DNA of 63,593 nt, filler included, from Octopus bimaculoides (lineage: Eukaryota): assembly GCF_001194135.2 (NCBI RefSeq). It is 6 parts of 5 records of this genome, joined end to end, with 100 filler letters (N's around TTAATTAATTAA, not from the genome) between each part and the next. Parts side by side here need not be neighbours in the genome. Positions count along the whole stretch, not along the records: positions 1 to 12,703 come from NC_068987.1; positions 12,804 to 19,458 come from NC_068999.1; positions 19,559 to 40,804 come from NC_068990.1; 3 more parts are not named here. One strand, written 5' to 3'. The position numbers and the translations under genes are program-made. The notes beneath the pieces were generated by a model. It worked only from the letters and a program-made list of their open reading frames with translations, was not told the DNA's origin and searched no databases. Positions 11,465 to 25,058 of the stretch are shown here, in pieces (the first letter of the stretch is position 1; every line of letters starts with the position of its first letter).

Positions 11465-11700
11465 AATTTCTTTTGCTTATTTCAGTTGTTTGACTGCAGT
11501 CATGCTGGAGCACCACCTGAAAGGGTTTTAGTTGAAGAAAGCAACCCCAGGACTTATTCTTTGTAAGCCTAGTACTTATTCTATCAGTCTCTTTTGTCGA
11601 ACTGCTTACAGGGATATAAACACGCCAGCATATAAACACAGGGATATAAACACACCAGCATTGGTTGTTAAGCGATGGTAGGGGGAAAACACACACATAC
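11465..11700 (-). mobile_element. SINE family B 3' half
   Basis: tttcagttgtttgactgcagtcatgctggagcaccacc...ggacttattctttgtaagcctagtac. Confidence 0.8.
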
Positions 11701-11723
11701 ACACACACACACACACACACATA

Positions 11724-12140
11724 TTAGGAAGCGCCACAGAATACAGCATCAAGTGGAAGATCATAGAAATATGCAAGCCATACTTCAACAGTAGCAGGAA
11801 GTGCAGATTATGACTAGCCAAGAAGAGGGCGATCTTAAAAGGTACCCAACACCCAGATATTTACTTCAGTAACGGGAGTAATGTATTTAATCCTTGTCCA
11901 CATGAAAGAAAATACATTCTGTCATACCTGAGTGACCCACCATGAATTCAACCTCGGGTCCCCTGTCTCGTCCTTCCACAATTGACCTTCCACCAAGGAC
12001 CTCGAGGCTGGCATAAAGAGGTTGACCAAGAGACACACCAAAATCCCCATGTACACAAATACACACAAACACCCATAAGACAGACACCCCACAGATAACC
12101 CCTACCCCCAGCACACACACTCTCACGAAACTTCTACGGC
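11724..12140 (+). mobile_element. Penelope-like element 3' fragment (GIY-YIG C-terminus plus 3' flank)
   Basis: 11739-11945 translates EYSIKWKIIEICKPYFNSSRKCRL*LAKKRAILK...FNPCPHERKYIL, matching the PLE pattern Y.IKW.I....PY......C.LC..EK..I...C.H..K.LL. Confidence 0.7.
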
Positions 12141-12144
12141 CATG

Positions 12145-12420
12145 CTCAAAATGATGTATTTTACGTGCTACCTGCACAGGAGCCAGTCCAGCAGCACTGG
12201 CAACGACCTCGCTCAAATGTTTTTTTTCACATGCCAGTAAGGTGACACTGGTAACGATCACACTCAAATGGTGCTATTTACATGCCACTGGCATGGTAGC
12301 CAGACAGCTGCTCTGGCAATGATCACACAATGGTGCTCTTAGCGCTCCACTGGTACAGGTGCCATCACGATTTCGATTTCACTTGCTCCAACAGATTTCG
12401 CAAGCCGAGTTTAGTGTCTA
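12145..12420 (-). mobile_element. RTE 3'UTR fragment
   Basis: Same modules as 8176-8495 and 20520-20870. Confidence 0.75.
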
Positions 12421-12747
12421 CACATACATAAGTACACATGATTTTTTAAAATTATAATTAATATAATTAAAGATGCATCTCTGTGGTTAAATAAATTTGG
12501 AAAGTTTTGGTCATTTTGGCCACAGCTCTTGATTTTTGTCTGAGTATTTGTCCATCAAACAGCACAAAAATATTTTTCTTCTTTCTTCTCCTTTACTTGG
12601 CAAAACTCAGGAAATTCTTTCTAAACAAGCCAAGAAATCTAAATTTGGACCATTTTTTGATAAATCTGATAATGGAAGAAAGCGCTAAAAATGTAAATAA
12701 GATNNNNNNNNNNNNNNNNNNNNNNNNNNNNNNNNNNNNNNNNNNNN

Positions 12748-12759
12748 TTAATTAATTAA
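12748..12759. other. Assembly gap spacer TTAATTAATTAA (artefact; also 19503, 40849, 47357, 61997)
   Basis: Identical 12-mer with stops in all six frames, centred in N runs (44 N each side at 40805-40904). Confidence 0.9.
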
Positions 12760-12803
12760 NNNNNNNNNNNNNNNNNNNNNNNNNNNNNNNNNNNNNNNNN
12801 NNN

Positions 12804-12849
<46 letters not shown>

Positions 12850-12872
12850 CGTGTGTGTGTGTGTGTGTGTAA

Positions 12873-12927
<55 letters not shown>

Positions 12928-13639
12928 AAGAGAGAGAATCAAGACTGTAACGTAAATTAATACATGGAAATAGCACAATGTCGCCATCAAATTACCCCAT
13001 TGCAGAAAAATCTCTAACAGCTCATCGGAGGATAGTAATCGATTGATGAGACCTGTTCACTAGTGGATTTATTTTGGGTTAAAATAATTCGATAAAACAT
13101 CAGCCAACAAATATGTATCTAACTAAATGTTTTTCTTTACTCTAAAATATTCTGTAATCTCACTCTGCCTGCAGTTTAAAAAACGGAAATCAACATTAGC
13201 GAAATTATGTTAAATATATTTATTATATATATATATATATGATGACCAGATTGTCATCGCTACAGCAGCTTCCGTGTTTGTGTTTGACTGTGTATGGAGA
13301 TTTTGGATGAACACCCAAATCTTTCCGTACTTCGAATAAGTAGTTCGGAATCATCTTGGCTGAGAAGATCAATCTTGCCTTTCGTTTCTTCGGTTTCAAT
13401 AAGTGTACCAGTCAGATACCGGGGTCAAGGGAATCAAACAACTGGGCACTTAGCCAATAATAATAATGATGATCATGGTGATGATGACGACGACGAAGAC
13501 GACGACCACGAAGATGATGATGATGATGATGCTGACGAAATATCAATAATAATAATAATATCATCAACGACAACAATGAATGTTGTTATCGTTGCTATTG
13601 TTGTCGATGCTATTATTTTAAATGGTCTTAGTAAAAGGA

Positions 13640-13709
13640 ATTAAATTATTATTATTATTATTATTATTATCATCATCATTATTATTATTATTATTATTAT
13701 AATTATTAT

Positions 13710-13759
<50 letters not shown>

Positions 13760-13860
13760 GTACTACTGCTACTACCACTATCATCATCATCATCATCATC
13801 ATCACCATCATCGTCATCATCATAATCATCAACAGCATCATCAGCATCATCATCAGTATT
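13640..13860. repeat. Compound (TTA)n/(CTA)n/(CAT)n microsatellite
   Basis: Direct reading. Confidence 0.9.
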
Positions 13861-14188
13861 ATATACTGCATGAATCAGTATAATCTTAATCTTCCACAAT
13901 CGCTTTCTCTTTTTTCCATAATATTTCTTACGTTGTCCATTTATTTTGTTTTTTTACTTGGTTCATATATTATACTACAGTGTCTAACATCTCATATTGA
14001 TTCGATGTGTCCACTGTAATCAAATTCAGTCTTGTCACTTCAATAGTTTGACCAGCATATAGTGAGAATTCCCATAGAATCATGCAATCGTTATACCCTG
14101 TCTTATCAGAACACTATGGCTTTTAATCTCCACACAGAGCTAAAGACCCAGTGCACATTTTTGCCTGTACAATCATGCCTGCGTATAC

Positions 14189-14259
<71 letters not shown>

Positions 14260-14814
14260 TTCTTTTTCGTGCTAGCTTACTGAATACATGTACGAGATAT
14301 CTAATACATTCATCACTATTCCCACATATATTCCGTTTGCTCTCTGGCTAAGATTGTTTTCAATATTTACCTCATCCTATCTCTCCTAATGACTTGTACT
14401 GAACAATTTTCAGTAAAGCCTCGCTTTCTTATTGCACGTTTTAGTCCGTCATACAGAAAACGCGTTCCAAATTTCACAGTTTTTTTGACTGAATTGGGCA
14501 AGCACTTTTTTTCTCTTTCCACTTAGGTGTTTGTTCTACTATCGCTTCTTATATTCACCTGTGTATCAGTGACATTTTTCACCTGCAATAGTATTCTCTC
14601 TTCACTATGCAGAAGCATTATTTTTTGAACACAACATCACGTTACTAACAGTATCTCCTGTATTTGGCAATCACACTGTGTATTTTTACGTTTCCTAATG
14701 ACTCATATCCAAATATATATATTTTTCTTTTCACGTTCCCTTTTTTGTTTCCTTTTCTCAAAATGCTGTGCAACTTTCCATTCATTCCCAGAGTGCTCTG
14801 GCAATTCATAAGTT

Positions 14815-15070
14815 AGTAGTGTGGAACATTTTTGCAAGCCTTTTTGGAGTCTATCCAGCCAAAACCCAATTTTTTTCCTCTTATTCGTACTTCCTCTAGT
14901 ATCCTATTATCAATATACAACAGTCCATTAGTTCCCCACGACTACATTCTGCATCCCTTTTGCTCGGCTGCCAAGATATACTCCATCTACAGAAGTCAAT
15001 ACACTTCCTTTCAAAGTAAATAATTTCTATACAAATGTGACGCCTATAACAATTCTGTTCTTACTGACTG
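14815..15070 (-). mobile_element. Decayed R4/Dong-type (RLE-clade) reverse-transcriptase fragment
   Basis: Translates ...LAAEQKGCRM*SWGTNGLLYIDNRILEEVRIRGKKLGFGWIDSKKACKNVPH, like EEQKGC...GT.DLLYID..VL.EV..R.KNL...WIDYKKAYD.VPH. Confidence 0.65.
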
Positions 15071-15164
15071 CCTCGCTATGATGTCCTTCTAAATTAATTA
15101 GTAGAGCCTTTCATTTTGTTGTCCCTATTGGTATTCCCGTTCTCGTCATCATGATCATCAAATT

Positions 15165-15305
15165 GTTCAATTTCCGCCGAGGTCGACATTGCCCTTCACG
15201 TTCTCGAGGTCGATAAAATAAGTAGCAGTTGGACACAGGAGTCAACGCAATGGACTTAACCCTTCCCTCAGAACGTGATGGCCTTGTCTCAAAGTCTGAA
15301 ATCAC
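15165..15305 (+). mobile_element. SINE family A 3' fragment followed by (CTA)n
   Basis: tttccgccgaggtcgacattgcc...gtcgataaaataagta. Confidence 0.65.
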
Positions 15306-15318
15306 AACTACTACTACA

Positions 15319-15372
<54 letters not shown>

Positions 15373-15376
15373 GCTG

Positions 15377-15433
<57 letters not shown>

Positions 15434-15849
15434 ATACTACTACTACTACTACTACAACAACAACAACAACTACTACTACTACTGTCTTTATTGACTTCCA
15501 CGTTCTGATTTGGTATTTAGACATTATTCACTTTGACTTCCATCGGTCCACAGATTAACAAAGGCTGTGGTATTCATGTTAAAGAGCACAATGGCATCTT
15601 CGTTTCGAATTCCTGGTTCTGTGCCCAAATCAAATAAAATTATTAATCTCTTCTAATTCTGTTGTTGTCGTCGACGTCGATGTCGTTATAATGTGGTTCC
15701 TATAGTCTTTGGAACCATTGTTGTTATTGATCAGTCAGTGAGATATGATTAACAGGATGTTGGCATCTACACCTTCAGCAAGACTTTTTAGTTATACGTT
15801 TCTCTCAAATAATTTCTGCCTCATGTCATTTCTCGTCCACGCAGTTCTA

Positions 15850-16200
15850 GAACAATTCAACCAGTTCTTAAGTTCATATCCAGAGGGTGCTCTTATACTG
15901 CGTGGATCTCATTCATGGCTGCGCAATGAACCATGCCTTCTTTTTGATTTTGGTTTACGCTACGTCCTCTTATACAAATAGATATCTGCTGAACATCTGG
16001 ATACGGTGTCCTGCATCATTACGTAGCCCCGTCCGTAAACTCTGACACATCTACATCCAAATCCTGTGTTAAGCCCCACATGGTTATAGAGTAATATATT
16101 TCTGACTAGACGATAGGAGTAAACAAAGAGTGACTTAGCGCTCGAATGGTTTAGATTGGTAACCATTAATTCTGATCACCGACCAAATGTTGCCCTTTAA
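15850..16200 (-). mobile_element. Heavily decayed RTE-like LINE C-terminal fragment
   Basis: Weak translated similarity (LFTPIV*SEIYYSITMWGLT...MVHC...HP...LRGR) to the RTE post-RT region; many stops. Confidence 0.3.
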
Positions 16201-16589
16201 TGCGGTGATCCATCCACTGAAGGCAAAATGGAAGTATCAATGGCTTAACTAGTCAAAGCTTTCTTTATTGATATGTTTATATCCTATAAATAGCCACATA
16301 CATAACAAGACTTATTTCCACATTGTCTATAACGTAACATGAACCAAATATTGCTGTAGGTAAGTCAGGGTACCGGTGGCATATTCCAAACAATTTTTAA
16401 ACATGTTGGACAAAATCTCGCGATGTGTATTTAGCATGAACCATAGGTAAACGATATAAATGGCAAGACATGCTACTTACTTCAGATACCAGGAAACCAC
16501 TAATTGGCAGAAATTCAGAAGATAGTGTTTATTGGGAACTGCCCATACCCTACGTAAAATACTGACTATATAATACCAAAGTATAAAAC

Positions 16590-16775
16590 AAATTCATAAT
16601 TTTATTATGGTCTCTTAAACATTGTCTAGAACAATACTATGTACAAAACCAAATATATGGCACCCTAGGCATATCACCAGCATGAACTTCTAACTTGTTG
16701 TCTCTTGAGGTCTCTGGGTGAGACTTAGGGCCAACTTGTACACATGCATTGTTGCAAAAGTCAACTATAAAATAA
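16590..16775 (-). repeat. Dispersed repeat, inverted partner of 25720-25905
   Basis: Reverse complement shares tctcacccagagacctcaagagacaacaagttagaagttcatg...tatgcctaggg...ccatatatttgg. Confidence 0.8.
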
Positions 16776-16808
16776 TAATTAATAATAATAACAATAATAA
16801 TAATAATG

Positions 16809-16840
<32 letters not shown>

Positions 16841-16940
16841 TATAATAATATTAAAGGAATAGTGGCAGCAGCAGTATTAGTGGTAGTATTAGTAGTTGCA
16901 TTTGCAGCAGCAGCATCACCACTGGCAGTGGTAGTAGTAC

Positions 16941-16981
<41 letters not shown>

Positions 16982-19232
16982 GTAGTAGTAGTAGTAGTAG
17001 TAGCAGCAGCAGCAGCAACAACAGTAGTAATAGTAGCAGTAGTAGTTACGTTTTGGTACCGTTATTGTTCTTAAAATATTGTTTAATACATGCTTTTACT
17101 CTGCAATGATTGTTTTGCTAAAAGCAGCATAAATGTTGGAGAAGTGAGTTTTAGTCCGATAAACATACATCCACAGTACATTCGTTAACACGCAGCTACA
17201 CACATACATAAAAACAAAGATGCATGTTTCATGCTAAGACAAGGACACGCTGGCACACACTCATACAGATATTATATCCGAATATAATATCGGATATTAT
17301 ATTTGTTAATTCGACTGTATGAGTCAAACCAGACAAAATTAAATATTGTAATTAAAATAGAAACCTTGAGTAAGCAAATGGAGAACTAAGTTAAAATTAA
17401 CAATAAATAAATATGAGAATGACGATAAAGATATGTACGTAATGAACATATGAATAAAAATATGTACGGTGCTGGTATTTCATTATGCATGCAATGTCAT
17501 GAAGTGTACGCATATCCTATCTACTGTTGCAGAAGTAGGCATAGCTTCTTATGGGATCCGATTTCCATGATAAAAGTTATTTTATAATTCTACATTCCTT
17601 TTCTAGAAATTCCAGATATTGGGAAAAAAACAAAGAAAAACAGATAGAAAAACCAAATTCATAATTCACCGTCTCAAAGGTTTAGGAAGACCATTATATT
17701 GGCGTATCAAAAATATAGTGAGACGACACACATTCCGTAGATACGAAAAAAATGTTCTACAACAAAGATGATTCAGTTGAAAGGAACCCGGAATCATGTT
17801 TGGCAGGCACTCATTTCACCATAGAATTTCGCTTTTGCCCCTCTCTCTTTCTNNNNNNNNNNNNNNNNNNNNNNNNNNNNNNNNNNNNNNNNNNNNNNNN
17901 NNNNNNNNNNNNNNNNNNNNNNNNNNNNNNNNNNNNNNNNNNNNNNNNNNNNNNNNNNNNNNNNNNNNNNNNNNNNNNNNNNNNNNNNNNNNNNNNNNNN
18001 NNNNNNNNNNNNNNNNNNNNNNNNNNNNNNNNNNNNNNNNNNNNNNNNNNNNNNNNNNNNNNNNNNNNNNNNNNNNNNNNNNNNNNNNNNNNNNNNNNNN
18101 NNNNNNNNNNNNNNNNNNNNNNNNNNNNNNNNNNNNNNNNNNNNNNNNNNNNNNNNNNNNNNNNNNNNNNNNNNNNNNNNNNNNNNNNNNNNNNNNNNNN
18201 NNNNNNNNNNNNNNNNNNNNNNNNNNNNNNNNNNNNNNNNNNNNNNNNNNNNNNNNNNNNNNNNNNNNNNNNNNNNNNNNNNNNNNNNNNNNNNNNNNNN
18301 NNNNNNNNNNNNNNNNNNNNNNNNNNNNNNNNNNNNNNNNNNNNNNNNNNNNNNNNNNNNNNNNNNNNNNNNNNNNNNNNNNNNNNNNNNNNNNNNNNNN
18401 NNNNNNNNNNNNNNNNNNNNNNNNNNNNNNNNNNNNNNNNNNNNNNNNNNNNNNNNNNNNNNNNNNNNNNNNNNNNNNNNNNNNNNNNNNNNNNNNNNNN
18501 NNNNNNNNNNNNNNNNNNNNNNNNNNNNNNNNNNNNNNNNNNNNNNNNNNNNNNNNNNNNNNNNNNNNNNNNNNNNNNNNNNNNNNNNNNNNNNNNNNNN
18601 NNNATATATATATATATATACTTACACGTGGATGTGTGTGTTACGTGCGTATTCACTGTGCATGTGCATATCGGTATCAACGAAAGTACATTCAAATCCC
18701 GTTATGCCCATCTCATTTTTTTGTTGAGACGTCCAACGATCCACATCATCTCCCTCTTATATTAATTCCCGTGTAAACTAACGAAATCTAGAATAATTGC
18801 TGTAACATTCAAGTGGATTATACAGTCTTTGTGGGAATTCGTATTTCTGTCTCCTTTCTTATTTAATACTTTTCCTTATGTCAATCTTACATATTTACAT
18901 CTTTAGGCATTCTTTTTTTTTTATAGTTCTTTCGATCAATATTTATCATTTTTTTTCTCATATTTCGTGAGTTACTATCATTCATTTACGTTTTTTGTTC
19001 TCTACTGGATACGATATTTTCCTTTGAAATCATTTTACTTATATTTATTACGTTCTTAAAAAATATTCCTCTCCACTACCTTGTTTTTATATATATATGT
19101 ATGTATGTTTGTGTGTATGTATGTATGTATGTATGTATGTATGCATGAATGTAGGTATGTATCTACCTATCAAACTATGTCTGTCTACCTGTCTGATTGA
19201 TTGACTGTTTGTCTATCTACCTATCTGTCCGG

Positions 19233-19291
<59 letters not shown>

Positions 19292-19420
19292 CCCACCCAT
19301 ATAACTACCCACCTATAAATCCATCACCCTCTATATTTATCAAACTATCTGTCTGTCTGTATGATCGACTGACTGTCAGTCTCTCTATATATCTATATAA
19401 TTATATCAATAAAAAAATAA

Positions 19421-19458
<38 letters not shown>

Positions 19459-19802
19459 NNNNNNNNNNNNNNNNNNNNNNNNNNNNNNNNNNNNNNNNNN
19501 NNTTAATTAATTAANNNNNNNNNNNNNNNNNNNNNNNNNNNNNNNNNNNNNNNNNNNNTGTGTGTGTGTGTGTATATATACATATATATATATAGACATG
19601 TATTTATACATGAACACATGCACACACTCGCACATATATATACATATACTTGAATTACATCATATAGCTGTGCACATAGAACACAAAATACGTTTACAAA
19701 TATATACACAACCTGCACATAGGAATTTATAAAATCACACAATTCTAAACACATAAGTTCAAAAACATTCAAAGATATATATGAATTCTACCACGCACAC
19801 AT

Positions 19803-19965
19803 ATAGGTGCAGGTGAAGTTGTGTGGTAAGAAGCTTGCTTCCCAACCACATTATTCTGGGTTCAGCTCCCAGATTCACTGTGTATCACCTTGGGTGTGTG
19901 TTTCTACTATACCCTTTTGCAAACCAAAGCCTTATGAGTGTAAACGGAAACTGAAAGAAGGTCAT

Positions 19966-19968
<3 letters not shown>
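19803..19968 (+). mobile_element. SINE family B head
   Basis: gttgtgtggtaagaagcttgcttcccaaccac...acggaaactgaaagaag, then (TA)n. Confidence 0.7.
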
Positions 19969-20058
<90 letters not shown>

Positions 20059-20334
20059 GTGTGTGTGTGTGTATGTATGTATATATGTATGTAGAAATGC
20101 ATATGATTTGTTATATATATGTATGTATAAATATATATCATTTAATATATATATATATAAATATATATCTGTGATGAATTGGGAAATGGTGATGAGTGAC
20201 AAATCTGTAAACAATAATATTCTATAAGCCTGAAGCTTCTGTCAAGGGCTTATATACCCCAGGATTAAACTATTTTCCTTAGTGAATACATGGTGATCGC
20301 TTATAAGATATCATTATTATTTACGAATATATAT

Positions 20335-21720
20335 CATCATCATCATCATCATCATCACCATTTAACATCCACTTTCGATGTTGGCATGAGTTGGATGGTT
20401 TGACTGATGGCTGGCGCACCAGAAGGCTGCACCAGTCTCCAAATCTGATCTGGCAAAGTTTCTACAGCTGGATGCTCTTCCTAATGCCAACCACTCTGAG
20501 AGTGTAGAGGGTGATTTTATGTGCCATCGGCATGAAGGTCAGTCAGGCAGTACTGGGATTGGCTATGCTCAAATGATGTTTTTTACGTGCCATGTGCACA
20601 GAAGCCAGTCCAACGGCACTGGCAACAACCACATTTGAATGGTACTTTTTTACGTGCCACTGGCATAGGAGCCAGTCAGCAGCCTTGGCAATGACCACAC
20701 TCAAATTGTGCTTTTAACGTTCCACTGGCACGGGTGCCAATCATGCAGAACTGTCATCAGCCACGACAGTGATTTCACTTGCCTCAATAGGTCTTTGCAA
20801 GCATAGTTTATTGTCCAATGACTGAAGGGTACTCTTAAATGGGACGGTTATATAGCACCGGCATAGGCCATGGTTATGGTCTTACTTGACTTGCTGGGTC
20901 TTCTCAAGCACAGCATATCTCCAAAGGTCTCGGTCACTTGTCATTGCCTCGGTGAGGCCCAATGTTCGAAGGTCGTGCACCACCCCCTCATCCCAGGTCT
21001 TCCTGGGTCTACCGCTTCTGCAGTTTCCCTCACACAGCTGTCCTCATCCATTTGCAACACATGACCATACCAGCAAAGTCATCTCTCTTGCACACCACAT
21101 CTGATGCTTCTTAAGTCCAACTTTTCTCTCAGGGCGGTTACACTCTGTTGAGTATGCACATTGACATTACACATCTAGCGGAGCATACTGGCTTCATTCC
21201 TTGCAAGCTTACACATGTCCTCAGCAGTCACGGCCCATGTTTCACTGCCATGTAACATCGCTGTTCGCACACATGCATCATACAGTCTACCTTTTACTCC
21301 AAGCGAAAAGCCCTTTGTCACTAGCAGAGGTAGGAGCTCTCTGAGCTTTGCCCAGGCTATCCTTTCTAGCAGCTACACTTTCAGAGCATCCACCCTCGCT
21401 ACTAACTTGGTCACCTAGGTAATGGAAGCTATCAACTACTTCTAGTTTTTCCCCACTGGAATGTGACAGAAGCTGTTCTCTGCACATTTTCAGTGTTTAT
21501 TGCTCCTGAGCATTTGCCACACACAAAACTAACTTCCCAGTTAACCTTCCTTTGATATTGCTGCACCTCTTATGTGTCCATAGCTTACACTGGGTACATC
21601 TTATGGAGTTCCTACCTACACCTTTTCTACAGATTAAGCAGGGCCAGAAGGGATTTGTGGTTTTGTCTGCTTTCCTACTTATTAAGACTTTGGTTTTTGC
21701 TAGGTTGACTCTAAGGCACA
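20335..21720 (-). mobile_element. 5'-truncated RTE LINE: RT end, Cys/His finger, C-terminal domain, 3'UTR and (GAT)n tail
   Basis: LRVNLAKTKVLI (RT end), WPCLICRKGVGRNSIRCTQCKLWTHKRC, GEKLEVVDSFHYLGDQVSS.GG, then RTE C-terminus in broken frames; 3'UTR ends in (GAT)n at 20335. Confidence 0.9.
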
Positions 21721-21951
21721 CAAACAATCACATACTAGCTGACCTTGTGCTGTCAAAAATGTAGTATTTTATATATACATAAAGTATAAAATAAGGTACA
21801 TAATAATCACAGATACAAACATTCACATACTTCCTTTGTATATGCACACACATACACACATATACTCAAACAGATTTGAAATGCTGTTTGATTTTTCTTT
21901 TCAGTGTTGAACGTTAACCATCCCATTTCCATTGCACACACACATACACAC

Positions 21952-21991
<40 letters not shown>

Positions 21992-22795
21992 ACACAAACA
22001 TTCACATACCTCCCTTTTACATACACACACATATACTCACACAGAGTTGAAATGCTGATTATTTTCACCCCTTCCTTTGATACTTATCTATCACCCCTTC
22101 CTTTCTCATTCGTATGTTGTGATGGAGAAAAATAGAAGACACACGACGCACTCTTTGCCACTTTCTTTCTCTCATTGCTATTACTTTCTCTCCCTCTCTC
22201 TCTCAGTCAGGACTATTATTCTCACTACTTCTCCTTCACTGAATTACTATTTTCTCTCCCCTCCCTTCACTTATGCTACTCTTTCCTCTATTCCACCCTA
22301 CTCCTACCCTGTGATTTTGGACATATATATATATATATATATACACTAATATATAAAAACACTATGCTCATTATTATATTAGGAGATTATAAAACTGTAA
22401 AATTGTAAAAATTGCACATAATTAAACATGAAATTCAGACTAAGTTGGAATTTCCTTGATTAATATATGTGCATGTGTTTGTATGAGTGTATGTGTGTAT
22501 GCGCACATATATGCATGTGCATATGTATAAATATATGTATAATGTATAAAATCTACACACACATATAAACTCACACACACATACAAACACATACAAATGC
22601 ATACATATAATTTTATACAAAGATATGTTTGCGTGTTTGCATTTTATGCATGTATTTATAGGGATATATATACATACTCATACACACACACACATATAAG
22701 ATTTCTATGCATGCGTACATCCATATATACAAGTGTGTTCAGAAGTAAAATTAACACTAATCTTCAGAATGATATATGATAGTCCAAAACATCAC

Positions 22796-22876
<81 letters not shown>

Positions 22877-22970
22877 CATACATACATACATACATGCATA
22901 CATACATACATGCATACATACATACATACAATATCTTGGTAATCAGATTCACATAGTTGGCTATCACCAC

Positions 22971-23257
22971 CAGGGCCAGTTTTAAGCCAATTAGACATTT
23001 GTTCAAATTGGGCCCAGCACCAAGAGAGGGTCTCTGCACCAAAAGAGGGCCTCCATGCCCATGCTTGAGCAAGGGATACTATGATGCATTTTTAGTATAT
23101 CATTGTAGCCAATGGCAGAGCGTCAAGCCCTCAATGTTATTTGGATGAGACTGGAATGCTTTACAAAGCATAAAGCATCAATATTCAGCTTTTGTAGAGT
23201 GGGCGACCCCACTGACAATTCTCTAATTAGGCCCCACACTTCCTAGCACCAGCCCTG
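22971..23257. mobile_element. hAT-type MITE
   Basis: TIRs CAGGGCCAGT / rc CAGGGCTGGT; degenerate 8-bp TSD atcaccac vs attatcac (6/8). Confidence 0.6.
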
Positions 23258-23269
23258 ATTATCACATCT

Positions 23270-23560
23270 CCATAAATGTAAAGGTTCTATTAACTTTTAC
23301 TGACGAGTTAAAATTTGTTCAGTTGTCTTTTGACTTTTCACTAATTCCTTACATAAAAATATTTCCTGTAAAAGTACAAAATATTTATGCATAGAAATTT
23401 GTTAAACCGATTCTGTAAATTAATCTTAAATTTCATTTTTAATATCAACGTCAGCAATAAATACTTTTACAAATATTTTGGCACAGCGAAATCTTAAAAT
23501 TCACATTTTTGATACTTGAGTAGATACATCACCTTCTACTATCCTAAAGCGTATATAAGC
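23270..23560. repeat. Unclassified ~290 bp duplicate of 29130-29410 (same orientation)
   Basis: Shared blocks ctaattccttacata, gattctgtaaat, caaatattttggcacagcgaaat, catcaccttctactat. Confidence 0.8.
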
Positions 23561-24555
23561 AGCAAATACCAATTTCTATTCTCTTTGGAGAACTGCAGGT
23601 AAAGCCATCAGGTGATAATAGATTGCATGAAAATCTGATTAATAGAAACATATTGTGTCCAAGAGAGAATATATTGTATATATAGACATAAATATTTCAA
23701 TATTAGGGTTGATTTAATTTTAAAGTGAATCTTCATATTAATTGTAATTAAATATCATTGGATATAGTATCTGATATTTTCCATATTTATTAGGCCCTAA
23801 AGCTAATCTCTTACACAATAAATATTTTCAGTATAACTACGAAATATTTATCCACATAATTATGGTACACACACACACACACATGCAAACACTCAGAGAC
23901 ACACACACAGATATGTGTGGACACATGTACACATAATATACTGCACATATGTGTGTGTTGTGTATATAAAACATACAAGACATAAACTTTGCTCATAGAA
24001 AAATATTTGAAGAATTTCTCAGCATTTCGAAATTGGAAGTAACAGATTAGAATGTCTCTATTCTTATTTTGCTAAATTTATAGAAGGGTTTAACATGTGC
24101 TTATTAAGCTATTATAGTATCAGTTTAAGCATGGTACATATCTGGAATTTATATAAGAAATACAAATATCTCATATAAACACACAAATATGTAGGTGCAG
24201 TAGTGGCTGTGTGGAAAGAAGCTTGCTTTCCGACCACAAGGTCCTGGGTTCAGTCCCACTGCATGGTACTGCATAATTGCAGTGAGTTATGTATTAATAT
24301 TTGGAAGGCTTGTGGACTATGTCTTAAAGAAGCCTTCCAAATATTAATATATAACTCACTGCAATTACTAAATAAACAAAACAAAGCTTTTTCTACATGT
24401 TGTCATAGGTTCTATCAGACCTTTAAATTCTCCCATAGATCCAAATGTAAACAAAATTAACATGTATAATACATCCATCCATAGTTGTTTCAATATGTAT
24501 GTATATATATGTATGTATATGTGTGTGTGTGCGTGTACATATGTGTATGTGCACA

Positions 24556-24890
24556 TGTGAAGGCGCATGGCTCAGTGGTTAGAGCTTATGATCATGAGGT
24601 TGTGAGTTCGAATTCCAGACCAGGCTGTGTGTTGTGTTCTTGAGCAAGACACTTTATTTCATGTTGCTCCAGTTCACTCAGCTGTAGAAATGAGTTGCGA
24701 CATCACTAGTGCCAAGCTGTATGGGCCTTTGCCTTTCCCTTGGATAACGCTGGTGGCGTGGAGAGGAGAGGCCGGTATGCATGAGTGACTGCTGGTCTTC
24801 CATAAAACAACCTTGCCCAGACTTGTGCCCGGGAGGGTAACTTTCTAGGTGAAATCCCATGGTCAGTCATGACCAAAGCGGGTCTCAGCA
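24556..24890 (+). mobile_element. tRNA-derived SINE family C, full length with TSD
   Basis: A box TGGCTCAGTGG, B box GTTCGAATTCC; TSD tatgtgcaca at 24546-24555 and 24891-24900. Confidence 0.85.
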
Positions 24891-25058
24891 TATGTGCACA
24901 CCTTATATGTATGCTTATGTGTAGGCATGTGTATGTACGTATGTATGTGTGAAAATATGTCCATTTATATGTATGTATATATATAAAAAAATGTATACAC
25001 TCTCTTCTTTTTTCCCTTACCTCTCTATCAACATAACTATCTTAGAAACTAGCTAATT

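Noticed and set aside
12704-12803. TTAATTAATTAA motif recurring five times
   Set aside because: Always centred in N runs; an assembly placeholder, not biology.
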